Part shown: positions 1 to 9,103 of the stretch, in pieces
Numbering within the stretch: the stretch's first letter is position 1
Layout of the letters: each line of letters opens with the position of its first letter
NCBI GenBank assembly: GCA_001821055.1
Contig: MHRT01000001.1
Coordinates: 27,868 to 91,867, forward strand
DNA length: 64,000 nucleotides
Reading direction: 5' to 3'
DNA from: Candidatus Taylorbacteria bacterium RIFCSPHIGHO2_12_FULL_45_16
GTDB taxonomy: Bacteria > Patescibacteriota > Minisyncoccia > Phycocordibacterales > PALSA-1337
Made by a program: the position numbers and the translations under genes
The notes under the pieces: generated by a model
What the model saw: only the letters and a program-made list of their open reading frames with translations
Databases searched by the model: none
What the model was told of the DNA's origin: nothing

Positions 1-372
1 TTTGATGATTATCAAAAAACCCATCCCAATTTTAAAGAAGTTTCCGTGCCGGTCGTTCCAAATCAACTTGACGATGTGCATACGCCAGATAAAGCGCCAA
101 GAATATCATTCATCTCTCCGTTGGCCGGCTCAACAATCAAGTCTCACGATATGCTATTGATCAGACTCCAAGCGACAACTTCATACCCACCGCAAAAAAC
201 TGAAGTCTATCTCAATGGAAAATATGTCTTGACTTCGGAAAAAAATCCTTTGAATATATCTTTCTTTCCTGCCGATGTCGGCGGTCTCATTGAAAACAAT
301 ACAATTTCAGTTACCTTATATGACAGTGTATTCAACAAAACAACCGCCTCGACGACTTTTTCGGTACTATAA
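1..372 (+). CDS. C-terminal part of a protein ending in an Ig-like (Big) domain, probably a penicillin-binding protein 1A-type tail; 5'-truncated by the window
   Basis: Frame open from base 1; P-x-ISFISP, VYLNG and ISVTLYD..NK pattern typical of Big domains. Confidence 0.45.
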   Translation, partial: FDDYQKTHPNFKEVSVPVVPNQLDDVHTPDKAPRISFISPLAGSTIKSHDMLLIRLQATTSYPPQKTEVYLNGKYVLTSEKNPLNISFFPADVGGLIENNTISVTLYDSVFNKTTASTTFSVL

Positions 373-436
373 CGTCTGGTTTTGTTAAAAACCCTTTTTA
401 TGTTTCCTGTGGAAAATGTGTTTGCGTGCCCTAAGG

Positions 437-697
437 TTACCTTATATCAGAAATGATCTCGTTGTTTTGTTTCAAATTTATCTCTTGAAGTATTGTTTGT
501 TTTTTTATGAAAATCTGCGATCTCGCCGTCTGTGAAATACCGTTAATAACAACATTTCTACCGGAAAAAGAGATCGTGTCCACAGGGATGACTATTCCGA
601 TATGTTTTTGTATGGTTTCGGACACAATCGACCGAATAAATATTTGTTTGGAATATTTACCTTTTATTTTTTTGAAAAATTGGCTTATGTTCAACAT
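437..697 (-). CDS. Small basic hypothetical protein, possibly DciA/DUF721-like helicase loader
   Basis: Directly downstream of dnaN; 'ARSQIFIKKQTILQEIN...ISDIR' resembles the DUF721 C-terminus. Confidence 0.45.
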   Translation of the reverse strand: MLNISQFFKKIKGKYSKQIFIRSIVSETIQKHIGIVIPVDTISFSGRNVVINGISQTARSQIFIKKQTILQEINLKQNNEIISDIR

Positions 698-707
698 GAA
701 TAAAAGA

Positions 708-1814
708 TTACCGGTTCATTGGCATCACCAAATACAAGAAGTTTTGCTCGCCTGATACTGGTTTTATGACAACCGGCTTGTTGAGTCCGTTAAATTGAAG
801 TGTAACACTGTCTGTGTTTATAGATTGAAATCCATCAATGAGGTATTTGTAGTTGAAATTGATTTCCATAGCCTCACCTGTTAGGGCAGCATCAATATGT
901 GTTTGGTTTTCGCCAATATCGCTGTTTTTGGTTTGTATTTCTAGTAGTTTGGTCCGTGGCTCAATCTTCATGTGAACCTGATTAAATTTGTCGGAAAAAA
1001 TATTTGATATTTTGAGGGCGTTTAGAATATCTTGTTTAAGAGCAACAACTTCTGTAGTGAATGATTTTGGGATAATTTGTCTGTAATCTGGAAAAACCCC
1101 GTCGATTATCCTCGAAACAATGTATATGCCATTGTTTTCAAATGAGATGAGATTTTTGTTGGCGCAAACTTTCATCGAAGAGGTGAGGTACCCAAGGACT
1201 CTTATAATATCAGGTATGTTTTTGAATGGGATAAGAATATCATTTAATTTGTTGGTTGTTGGGGTTTTTATCTTCTTTTCAGATAATCTAAATGAGTCTG
1301 TGGCAACAAATGTTAGGTTTTCATTGTCTTTATATATATACACACTAGAAAGTTCGGGTTTTACATTGGATATTGAAGCACTATAAAAAACAGCAGTGAG
1401 ACCTTGGGTAAAATCTTCAGGGGAAATTTGATATTCTTGGCAGTCTTTAAGTTTTGGAATACTAGGAAAATCTTCTACTGGAACAGTCTTAATAACACCT
1501 TTTGATTTGTTTGTTTTTATATGTAGATTTCCAGAAATAAATTCTATAACCACTGATTGGTTTTGATCTTGTGTTTGGGATATAAATAAGGAAAGTGTTT
1601 TAGCTGGAACAGCAAACGTCCCAATTACATCAGATTTTGCTGGAACAAAAATTTCCACCCCAATATCCAAATTTGTTGCTCTAAGGATAACCCCATTTTT
1701 AACCACATCAAATAATATACAAGATAATACTGGAAGTGTTTGGTGTTTATTTGCTACCTTTTCAAGTAAAACAATTACTTCTTTTATTTTTTTAAACCCC
1801 AATTCTATTTTCAT
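708..1814 (-). CDS. dnaN: DNA polymerase III beta clamp
   Basis: ATNLD, VATDSFRL, GVFPDY and C-terminal LVMPM motifs; follows dnaA. Confidence 0.98.
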   Translation of the reverse strand: MKIELGFKKIKEVIVLLEKVANKHQTLPVLSCILFDVVKNGVILRATNLDIGVEIFVPAKSDVIGTFAVPAKTLSLFISQTQDQNQSVVIEFISGNLHIKTNKSKGVIKTVPVEDFPSIPKLKDCQEYQISPEDFTQGLTAVFYSASISNVKPELSSVYIYKDNENLTFVATDSFRLSEKKIKTPTTNKLNDILIPFKNIPDIIRVLGYLTSSMKVCANKNLISFENNGIYIVSRIIDGVFPDYRQIIPKSFTTEVVALKQDILNALKISNIFSDKFNQVHMKIEPRTKLLEIQTKNSDIGENQTHIDAALTGEAMEINFNYKYLIDGFQSINTDSVTLQFNGLNKPVVIKPVSGEQNFLYLVMPMNR

Positions 1815-2013
1815 AATGAATAATTTTATTTTTTAAACCCAAACAAATTTATTATTAAACCTGTTGATATGTTGAAATCTGTCTTTAAACCACACCCACA
1901 ACTGTTTTTTACTGGTTTTGTTTTCTAATAAGTTTGTGATTGTATTTTACTAACAAACTTACCAACAAATAAACCAATAGTTGTATACAAATTATTCACA
2001 TAGTTATCCACGC
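1815..2013. promoter_or_regulatory. Probable oriC (dnaA-dnaN intergenic) with AT-rich tract and DnaA boxes
   Basis: TTATTCACA 1992-2000, TTATCCACG 2004-2012; AT-rich 1815-1860. Confidence 0.65.
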
Positions 2014-3360
2014 CTATAACATAGTTCTTACTTGGGTTATCTCTTGCGACAGTAATTGGTTAGTTTTTATTTCTTCACGCATTTTTTCGTATGAGTGAAT
2101 AACTGTCGTGTGGTCTCTTCCACCCAACTTTTCCCCAATTGACGGAAAAGAAATACCAAAATCTTCCCTTAATATATACATAACTACTTGACGAGGTCTC
2201 ACTACCTCCTTGCGTCTAGTTTTGTTGTATATACTTTCTTCGTCTATATTATAAAACTCAGAAACTATTTTCACCACATCCTTAACCGACACCATCTTTT
2301 TTGGTTTTAAGTTGTTTTTGAGAATATTGCGAATCTCGTTGAGGTTCAACTCTTTGTTTTTTAGTTGTATTTGGCAGGCAATAATATTGATTATACCCTC
2401 AATTTCACGGATATTGTCGTTGATTGATGTCGCGATACACTCAACCACCTCATCAGAAAGAGTTATTTTGTGTGGCCGGCACTTACTACGCACAATCATC
2501 ACTCGAGATTCTTGGTCGGGTTCCGGAATATCAACAATCATTCCCATGGAGAATCGGCCACGCAGGCGGTCTTCAAGGCCGGGGATGGTGTTGGGATGTT
2601 TATCTCCAGAAAAGACCAATTGGCGAGCAGTGTCATAGAATGTATTGAAGAAATGGAAAAGTTCCTCTTGAAACTTTTCTTTGTTCGCGAAAAATTGGAT
2701 ATCATCCATGATAATGACGTCATATTTACGGTATTTGTCTTTAAAAGCTTGAACCTTTCCCTCTTGAATAGCGGAAAACAATTCTGAACCAAAACGCTCA
2801 GATGTTAAATAAAATATTTTTTTATCGGGATGAAGCTTTTTTATCTCATTTCCCACAGCTTGAATTATGTGTGTTTTGCCACGACCAGTTTGTCCATAAA
2901 TGAAGAGAGGGTTGTATACTTGGCCCGGACTCTTTACAACCATTTGTGAAGCGGCGTGAGCCAACTCATTAAAAGGTCCCACCACAAGGCTCTCAAAAGT
3001 GTATCTAGGATTTAAGTTGTCTTCCTTGTTGATGTAGAAATCCTGTAACGGCATGGCGATAGTCGGAGCCTGAGACTGTTCTTTTCGTGTATTTTGGCCA
3101 CTTTTACCATCTTCTCGCACAATGACATATTCAAGCGCTCGTACATGCTCATTCATCTGCCTTAAAATGCGTAAAATTGAACTGTGGAACTTTTTTTGGA
3201 GCCATTCGTGGGTAAATGAGTTGGGAACACCGAGGTATATGGTACCTTCATCTTCACGCAGAATGCGGATATCTTTGAACCAGGTAGAAAAATTTGCTTG
3301 GGATACCGCACTTTCAATTTCTATTAGGGCAGTTTGCCACATTTTGCTGTGATCGTTCAT
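2014..3360 (-). CDS. dnaA: Chromosomal replication initiator DnaA
   Basis: LNPRYTF, YNPLFIYGQTGRGKTH, DDIQF, GGRDHTTV. Confidence 0.99.
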   Translation of the reverse strand: MNDHSKMWQTALIEIESAVSQANFSTWFKDIRILREDEGTIYLGVPNSFTHEWLQKKFHSSILRILRQMNEHVRALEYVIVREDGKSGQNTRKEQSQAPTIAMPLQDFYINKEDNLNPRYTFESLVVGPFNELAHAASQMVVKSPGQVYNPLFIYGQTGRGKTHIIQAVGNEIKKLHPDKKIFYLTSERFGSELFSAIQEGKVQAFKDKYRKYDVIIMDDIQFFANKEKFQEELFHFFNTFYDTARQLVFSGDKHPNTIPGLEDRLRGRFSMGMIVDIPEPDQESRVMIVRSKCRPHKITLSDEVVECIATSINDNIREIEGIINIIACQIQLKNKELNLNEIRNILKNNLKPKKMVSVKDVVKIVSEFYNIDEESIYNKTRRKEVVRPRQVVMYILREDFGISFPSIGEKLGGRDHTTVIHSYEKMREEIKTNQLLSQEITQVRTML

Positions 3361-3524
3361 TGATAGTAATTAGGTACCAGTAAGTATATACCTGTTTATA
3401 ATTTTGCAAACTTGTGGAGAGTAAAAAAATATGGTGATAAGGTGTGGATAAAGTATAAATACAAAAAACACACAACACCTCCTGACTTGATAGCAGAACT
3501 AGAATATGTAATAGTATATTAATC
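3361..3524. promoter_or_regulatory. dnaA/rpmH divergent promoter region with DnaA box (possible second part of a bipartite oriC)
   Basis: Perfect TGTGGATAA at 3443-3451; near-match TGTGGAGAG at 3413. Confidence 0.65.
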
Positions 3525-3659
3525 ATGTCATTCACATACAAACCAAATAAACGCAAGCGCGCCAAGTCGCACGGATTTCGTGTTCGAATGAAAACAACCG
3601 CTGGACGAAAAACACTTGCGCGCCGTCGCTCAAAAGGCCGCAAGCGTGTTGCTGTCTAA
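3525..3659 (+). CDS. rpmH: 50S ribosomal protein L34 (not in the ORF track)
   Basis: [44 protein letters not shown]. Confidence 0.98.
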   Translation: MSFTYKPNKRKRAKSHGFRVRMKTTAGRKTLARRRSKGRKRVAV

Positions 3660-3672
3660 TTATAATTTCAAT

Positions 3673-4008
3673 ATGCTCTCTCGCTCCCGAAGACTTTCCA
3701 CGGAACAACTAGACTCTGTCATGAAAAAAGGAAAAATATCCCACTCTTCCCTTTTTTTGATGAGGGTATTTAGCGGACAGACAGATACACGGATAGCGGC
3801 CATTGCCCCAAAGAAGACAATCAAAATGTCTACAACTCGCAACGCCGTTCGTCGAAAAGTTTATAACGCAACCAAAACACTTATAAGAGAAATAATTCCC
3901 GGTACACACATCGCACTGTTCGCCAAACAGGCGACGACAAACGCAAAACTGGTCGATATAGAAAACAACATTAAAACTCTCTTTGTGAAAGCTGGGCTTT
4001 TAGGGTAA
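3673..4008 (+). CDS. rnpA: Ribonuclease P protein component
   Basis: MLSRSRRLS..., K....TRNAVRRK motif; between rpmH and yidC. Confidence 0.92.
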   Translation: MLSRSRRLSTEQLDSVMKKGKISHSSLFLMRVFSGQTDTRIAAIAPKKTIKMSTTRNAVRRKVYNATKTLIREIIPGTHIALFAKQATTNAKLVDIENNIKTLFVKAGLLG

Positions 4009-4060
4009 TATTGTCTCTATATTCTTACTCGCCGAGGGTTTTTAATTTACGATTGAACTC

Positions 4061-4825
4061 ATGTATCACACATTCATATTTTTGCCTCTATATAACGGTC
4101 TTGTTGGAATAATGGACATATTTCCATGGACAGATGTTGGTGTTGCGGTCATTATTTTCACAATTATCGTAAAATTGATTCTATTTCCTCTTTCGAAATC
4201 TTCAATTCTGACACAGGTCAGAATGAAAGAAATTGAGCCCGAGGCCAACAAAATAAAGACAGAATACGCCAATGATCGTCAGACTCAAACACTCAAGATT
4301 ATGGCCCTTTACAAAGCCAAAGGCGTCAAGCCATTTTCCGGTATTTTACTGCTTATTATTCAACTCCCCATACTTCTAGCTCTCATTTCAGTGTTTTATA
4401 AAGTTATTCCTTCTATAAATCCAGATTTTTTATACAACTTTATTTCAATGCCCGACATAACAAACAAAATACAGTTTCTTGGTCTCATTGATTTGACCGA
4501 AAAAAGCCTGATTTTGGCTCTTATCACTGGTGTAGCGCAGTTTTTTCAACTTCACTACTCTCTTGCCTCTCAAAAACCAGCAATCATTGCCGGCACCTCA
4601 AACACGAAAGGACTTATGAATCCCGACATGATGGCTTCAATGACCAAACAAATGAAGTTTTTCTTGCCAATACTCGCTTTTGCTTCGGTTTATTGGATCA
4701 TTCCAGCACAGTTTCCTCAAGCGGCTTCAATCATTGCTATTTACTGGACAGTTAGCACTCTTTTTACTCTAGGTCAGGAGTTGTATATTAGAAAGAGGTT
4801 TGTCGCGCGTTTAATTGTTAATTGA
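4061..4825 (+). CDS. yidC: Membrane protein insertase YidC (short, no periplasmic domain)
   Basis: TIIVKLILFPL, PFSGILLLIIQLPIL, IYWTVS; synteny. Confidence 0.95.
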   Translation: MYHTFIFLPLYNGLVGIMDIFPWTDVGVAVIIFTIIVKLILFPLSKSSILTQVRMKEIEPEANKIKTEYANDRQTQTLKIMALYKAKGVKPFSGILLLIIQLPILLALISVFYKVIPSINPDFLYNFISMPDITNKIQFLGLIDLTEKSLILALITGVAQFFQLHYSLASQKPAIIAGTSNTKGLMNPDMMASMTKQMKFFLPILAFASVYWIIPAQFPQAASIIAIYWTVSTLFTLGQELYIRKRFVARLIVN

Positions 4826-6151
4826 AACCAGATCCAGCGACCATAAAGACAGGTCGTTTTTGTTCATAAAGATAAGAAAACTATCTTTTTCGTCCAAACC
4901 GAGATTGAAAGCGTCAATCACACGGTCTGAGGTATCCACAATTGAAGAGACAAGATCAATTTCTCCGGTAATGGCGTTTATTCCCCAAATTTTGTCAACA
5001 AATGAAACTCTGCCAACGTACCAATCGTCCGGGTATGTGCCAGCAATGGGTTGTGAGGGTGCGGCGCAATAGACCATTTCTTTGTAGAAGTTGCCCCAGA
5101 CGCATTTGTCAGCCAAGGTGCGGACGATGGCATCAATCCCCTTCCCTTCGGAAATATTGAAAATACTGGAAATAATATTATTGGCATTGCCGGCCATTGA
5201 TAAAAATACACGCTTGGCGTCGGTGCTTACTTTTGTGCTTAATCCCGGTAGGGGACCAAGTATTTTTTTCCAAATGCCAGTTTTTGGGTCAATAAAATAT
5301 AGAAAACCACTCGAATCGGCGGCGCCTTTTGTAGTAATGGCAATCACATTTTCTGACGGCCACTCAACATTAACTTGGGTTATGGGCGTGGAAAATATTT
5401 TGACCACACTGGACCCGTCAAATTTGGCTGTATAGCCCGAGCCAGCACCGTTTTCGTTTATAAGAAAGAATATACGATCTCTCTTTGGTGAACTTGCGTA
5501 AGCGATAATATTTTCCGGTAAACTCTTGCCTTTTAGTTCGTATGGTGTGAGAGTGGCACCAGTTGTTTGGGAGACCGGTGATGTAGTGCTCGTGGCAATT
5601 TTTGGCACGATTCGGGCCTTTAGCTCAGCGTACACACCACCCGAGGTTCCACCTCGGTCAAAACCATCACCATCATCAAGTCCGAAGGCGATAAATCCAG
5701 TCAGATTCTTGTTCCAGGAGCTTTCGTACAATTTCGGCACGACCGTGTTTGATAACGTTACTATATCCAAGGTATTTCCACGCGCTTCATACACATTTCC
5801 TCTACCTCTATCAACCCAGCGGATAGCCGTTGTCGTGCTGGCTGGCTTGGCATTTACCGCCCCGGTAGTACTGGCGCCATATCCACCCGCCGGAGTATTG
5901 CTCAAAAGTCGTAGGGTAGGAATTTTGAGCTGTGTGCCAGGAGTTGCCGAGGTGGAACCTCGGTTATCACCCGGGACAGTTCCCTCTGTCCCCGTCACAA
6001 GACCTCCCCCAGGCCTATTGATTGGAACGAAGCCAGATTGAGGTGTCTCTGGTTCAAGTACAACATCAGTTCCTACACGCATGAAAAAATACCAGTAAGC
6101 CACGCCGGCTATAATGAGGAGGATGAAGAGTGTGAGGAGGAGTTTTTTCAT
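4811..6151 (-). CDS. Single-pass membrane protein with beta-rich (propeller-like) extracellular domain
   Basis: N-terminal TM helix, low-complexity linker, TolB-like repeats, PDDWY motif. Confidence 0.7.
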   Translation of the reverse strand: MKKLLLTLFILLIIAGVAYWYFFMRVGTDVVLEPETPQSGFVPINRPGGGLVTGTEGTVPGDNRGSTSATPGTQLKIPTLRLLSNTPAGGYGASTTGAVNAKPASTTTAIRWVDRGRGNVYEARGNTLDIVTLSNTVVPKLYESSWNKNLTGFIAFGLDDGDGFDRGGTSGGVYAELKARIVPKIATSTTSPVSQTTGATLTPYELKGKSLPENIIAYASSPKRDRIFFLINENGAGSGYTAKFDGSSVVKIFSTPITQVNVEWPSENVIAITTKGAADSSGFLYFIDPKTGIWKKILGPLPGLSTKVSTDAKRVFLSMAGNANNIISSIFNISEGKGIDAIVRTLADKCVWGNFYKEMVYCAAPSQPIAGTYPDDWYVGRVSFVDKIWGINAITGEIDLVSSIVDTSDRVIDAFNLGLDEKDSFLIFMNKNDLSLWSLDLVSINN

Positions 6152-7446
6152 TTGTTATTTTCCCGGACTGAAAACTTTGCATTTATTAAATCTCGACTAT
6201 TTTTTAGTCTTTTTTGCAGATCTTTTTGTAACTCTGGGTCTTTGACATTACCCATCATTTGTTCTGCTGTACCAATATATTTGGCGAGCCTTGATTCAAG
6301 CTCTTTTTTTTCAAAAACCTCGCCGCTTCCCAAGAATACTGCGCTACTACCCACATAGGCAGTATTTTTTGAAAAAAGTCCAAATGTTGTATTTCCGACA
6401 ATTGTATCACTTCTATTTAGCTCAAGAACAGATTCGTAATAATTTGCCTGATCATTAATACCACCGTGATTATAAATTTCTTCCAATTGGTTTATTTTTG
6501 TTAGTTGACTATTTCCATCATCTCTTATTTTGTTTATTACTTCTTTTTGTTTATCAAACACCATATTTATTCCGGATAGATTTTTTGTAGTATCGTTATT
6601 TTCGAGATCAATAAAAGTTTGTTTTGATTGGGCCGCCAGAGACAATTTTGTTGCATTAACTACCAAGTTAGCTTTTTCCTTTGCAATTTCATAATCTTTA
6701 TTTTTTATTTCTGCAACTAATTCGTCAAATTCAGGGTCACCAATCTTATAATTATGTAATTGGGCCAGTAATGCATCTTGTTGTTTTTTTAAATCAGAGA
6801 CAATGGCCTGAGTTTGTTTTTGTTTTTCTGCTATACCTTGAATTTTAACCTGGTATTTTTCTAACTCAGCTGTAAGCTCATTAAAGAAACTACCAATATC
6901 TCCACTCTTACACCCAGGATCACCGATCGATATATCTGGATTATCTGCACATTGTATGATTATCGGCTCAACCAGATTTGTAGGTATAGCCACCAACCTC
7001 GGATCAATAGTCTTCAAAATTAGATATGAACACAAGACTAGTAACAAGCCGGAAATGGCATTTTGTAATTTTTTCAACCCGTCTTTTTTTCCAAGGAATG
7101 AATCAGAACTCATGTACTCAAATCCTCCCCAAACGATCATGAAGACCGCGGCCACGGCGGCCAAGGCAATCAATAAGTTGAACATATACTGGACATATCC
7201 TTGGAAATCAATTTCTCTGATTTGTGATTCAGAGCAAGTAACCGCGGGGATTTTGTTACCGTTTCCGTCTACGGTTTCTGGACTTTCTATACATGGCAAG
7301 GCTTCAAGAAGGGTGTATTTGTCAGGTGTTTGTGCTTGTGCCAGTGAGACATTTATCAAAAGAAATGACATGAATAGTGCGCACACGATAAAGACAAATA
7401 ACCCCCCTATTTTTTTTGTATGTGATGTAGAATTCATAAATAACAT
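6148..7446 (-). CDS. T4SS pilin (VirB2/TrbC-like) domain protein with long coiled-coil tail
   Basis: 'FNLLIALAAVAAVFMIVWGGFEYM...K.GLKKLQNAISGLLLVLCSYLILKTIDP' pilin hairpin signature. Confidence 0.8.
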   Translation of the reverse strand: MLFMNSTSHTKKIGGLFVFIVCALFMSFLLINVSLAQAQTPDKYTLLEALPCIESPETVDGNGNKIPAVTCSESQIREIDFQGYVQYMFNLLIALAAVAAVFMIVWGGFEYMSSDSFLGKKDGLKKLQNAISGLLLVLCSYLILKTIDPRLVAIPTNLVEPIIIQCADNPDISIGDPGCKSGDIGSFFNELTAELEKYQVKIQGIAEKQKQTQAIVSDLKKQQDALLAQLHNYKIGDPEFDELVAEIKNKDYEIAKEKANLVVNATKLSLAAQSKQTFIDLENNDTTKNLSGINMVFDKQKEVINKIRDDGNSQLTKINQLEEIYNHGGINDQANYYESVLELNRSDTIVGNTTFGLFSKNTAYVGSSAVFLGSGEVFEKKELESRLAKYIGTAEQMMGNVKDPELQKDLQKRLKNSRDLINAKFSVRENNK

Positions 7447-7452
7447 AAAAAA

Positions 7453-8544
7453 TTAGAACGTTGCAGTTTCATCTATTGAAGCTGTCTTGTTGGAAAATAT
7501 CGCAGAAAAACCAGCCGTTGAACCCTGGAGTATTTTATCAGTATTTTTGATGTTCAGCTGTATATTGGAGGATCCAGACGAACCTTCTGGCGCGCGCAAG
7601 ATGACTGATCTGTTTGATGATAATTCTGCCCGACTAAGATTGTTGATTGCCCATGCCCACGACAAATCATTATTACCAAGCGAATTGCCCACCCCACTGA
7701 AACCAAAAGGTACGGCCAACACGGTAACTTCTTTTTGTGTACCTATTCGGATTGATCCTTGTAGTGCGATATTAAACAACTTCCCGTACAACGGATCATC
7801 CACGTAAAAAGTTATGTATGGATTGCCGACGCTGACTTCGGAATACACTTGGGCGCTGGAACTATCATCGCGTGGCCAGATGGTCACGCTGATATCATAA
7901 GGCCGAGGCACAATGTCTCCTACTAGAGTGATGGATTGTTTGCCGTATCCACTCTGATTTTCTACGACACGGCTATTCTTTTTCCATTCATAAATAAGAG
8001 TTTTGGGGTCATATTCTACGCCAGAGACATTGGCTAGATGAGGAATGGCGATGATTTTGATCGAATTTTGATATACCGGGGCTACTTTACCTTTGAAAAA
8101 AGGCGGGACGTATCCATCGGTTTCCAATATAAGATCAATAGATCCGGAACCAAGTACCAGAGAGGACCCTACCATTCTGCCCTCCGGAGTGGTCGCCACG
8201 ACTTCCAAGGTTATTTTTTTGCCTATGGCAGGCGCGGTTATTTCAATAGTCGTGGCACCCACGGCATTTTGGGTGACTTTTCCGTTGACTGTCCAAGATA
8301 TTTTGGCGCTATTGATGTCAATGCTATAACTGCGGGCGGTAACTGTAATTTTCTGATTTGGGACTGGATTGTTGGTTGAGGCGGAGAGCTCCAGACCACT
8401 ACTGGATATGGGTATTTGGGCGAAGGCTGTTAGAGTAAACCCTCCTCCGCCAAGGCTACGGAGGGCAAGGAGACAAAAAGCAAAGATAAACAAAAAGCAA
8501 AGAAGATTAGAAAGTCTAAAAATCATAAAGAAACGAGATTTCAT
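7453..8544 (-). CDS. Exported beta-sandwich (Ig/PKD-like) protein
   Basis: Signal peptide; ISWTVNG, YEWKKN, YVPPFFKGK. Confidence 0.7.
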   Translation of the reverse strand: MKSRFFMIFRLSNLLCFLFIFAFCLLALRSLGGGGFTLTAFAQIPISSSGLELSASTNNPVPNQKITVTARSYSIDINSAKISWTVNGKVTQNAVGATTIEITAPAIGKKITLEVVATTPEGRMVGSSLVLGSGSIDLILETDGYVPPFFKGKVAPVYQNSIKIIAIPHLANVSGVEYDPKTLIYEWKKNSRVVENQSGYGKQSITLVGDIVPRPYDISVTIWPRDDSSSAQVYSEVSVGNPYITFYVDDPLYGKLFNIALQGSIRIGTQKEVTVLAVPFGFSGVGNSLGNNDLSWAWAINNLSRAELSSNRSVILRAPEGSSGSSNIQLNIKNTDKILQGSTAGFSAIFSNKTASIDETATF

Positions 8545-8608
8545 TAACTTTATTTTACCATGATAAAATTCTCGCGTCTCTTGGCTGATTCGGGGATAAA
8601 GAAATAGA

Positions 8609-9085
8609 TTAACGTGTCAAACCGCCACTTGACGCGCGTATACCGTCCTTGTTTATCCTAGAATTACCTATTTGTGTCTGAGATGAAGTTGATTGGCGTA
8701 TGCCATCTCTGTAAAGTGGTTGTCGAATTGTGTTACCCAACATCATTTCTCGTTCTTGTCTTGCTTGTTCGGCGGCCTCTTCTTTCTTTACATCACTATG
8801 AATATACCAGACATCAACAACCCAAAAAGGTGCTATTCCGCCGGTGATCGCATCGCCAAGAGCCAGTCCAAGCAGTGAAGCAATCCTTTTTGGTTTTGTA
8901 ATAATTGGAATCTTAAACAAAGAAAAAAGCCCGATCAAGGCAGGTCCGGTAACAACTTCCATGGCCTCACTTATAGCAATACCTATTCCAGTTAAATCAA
9001 TGAGAATTTGCACAATGTCAACTATTATTGCAAATCCATACAAAACAACCCAACGCATACTACTCTTTTTTTTAGTCTGCTCCAT
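8609..9085 (-). CDS. Hypothetical membrane protein
   Basis: Hydrophobic N-terminal half; in operon; TATAAT 6 nt before ATG. Confidence 0.65.
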   Translation of the reverse strand: MEQTKKKSSMRWVVLYGFAIIVDIVQILIDLTGIGIAISEAMEVVTGPALIGLFSLFKIPIITKPKRIASLLGLALGDAITGGIAPFWVVDVWYIHSDVKKEEAAEQARQEREMMLGNTIRQPLYRDGIRQSTSSQTQIGNSRINKDGIRASSGGLTR

Positions 9086-9103
9086 GGATATATTATAACT
9101 AAA

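Noticed and set aside
3314-3643. 109-aa minus-strand ORF and the 3616 start of rnpA
   Set aside because: They overlap the real rpmH gene; shadow ORF and over-extended start
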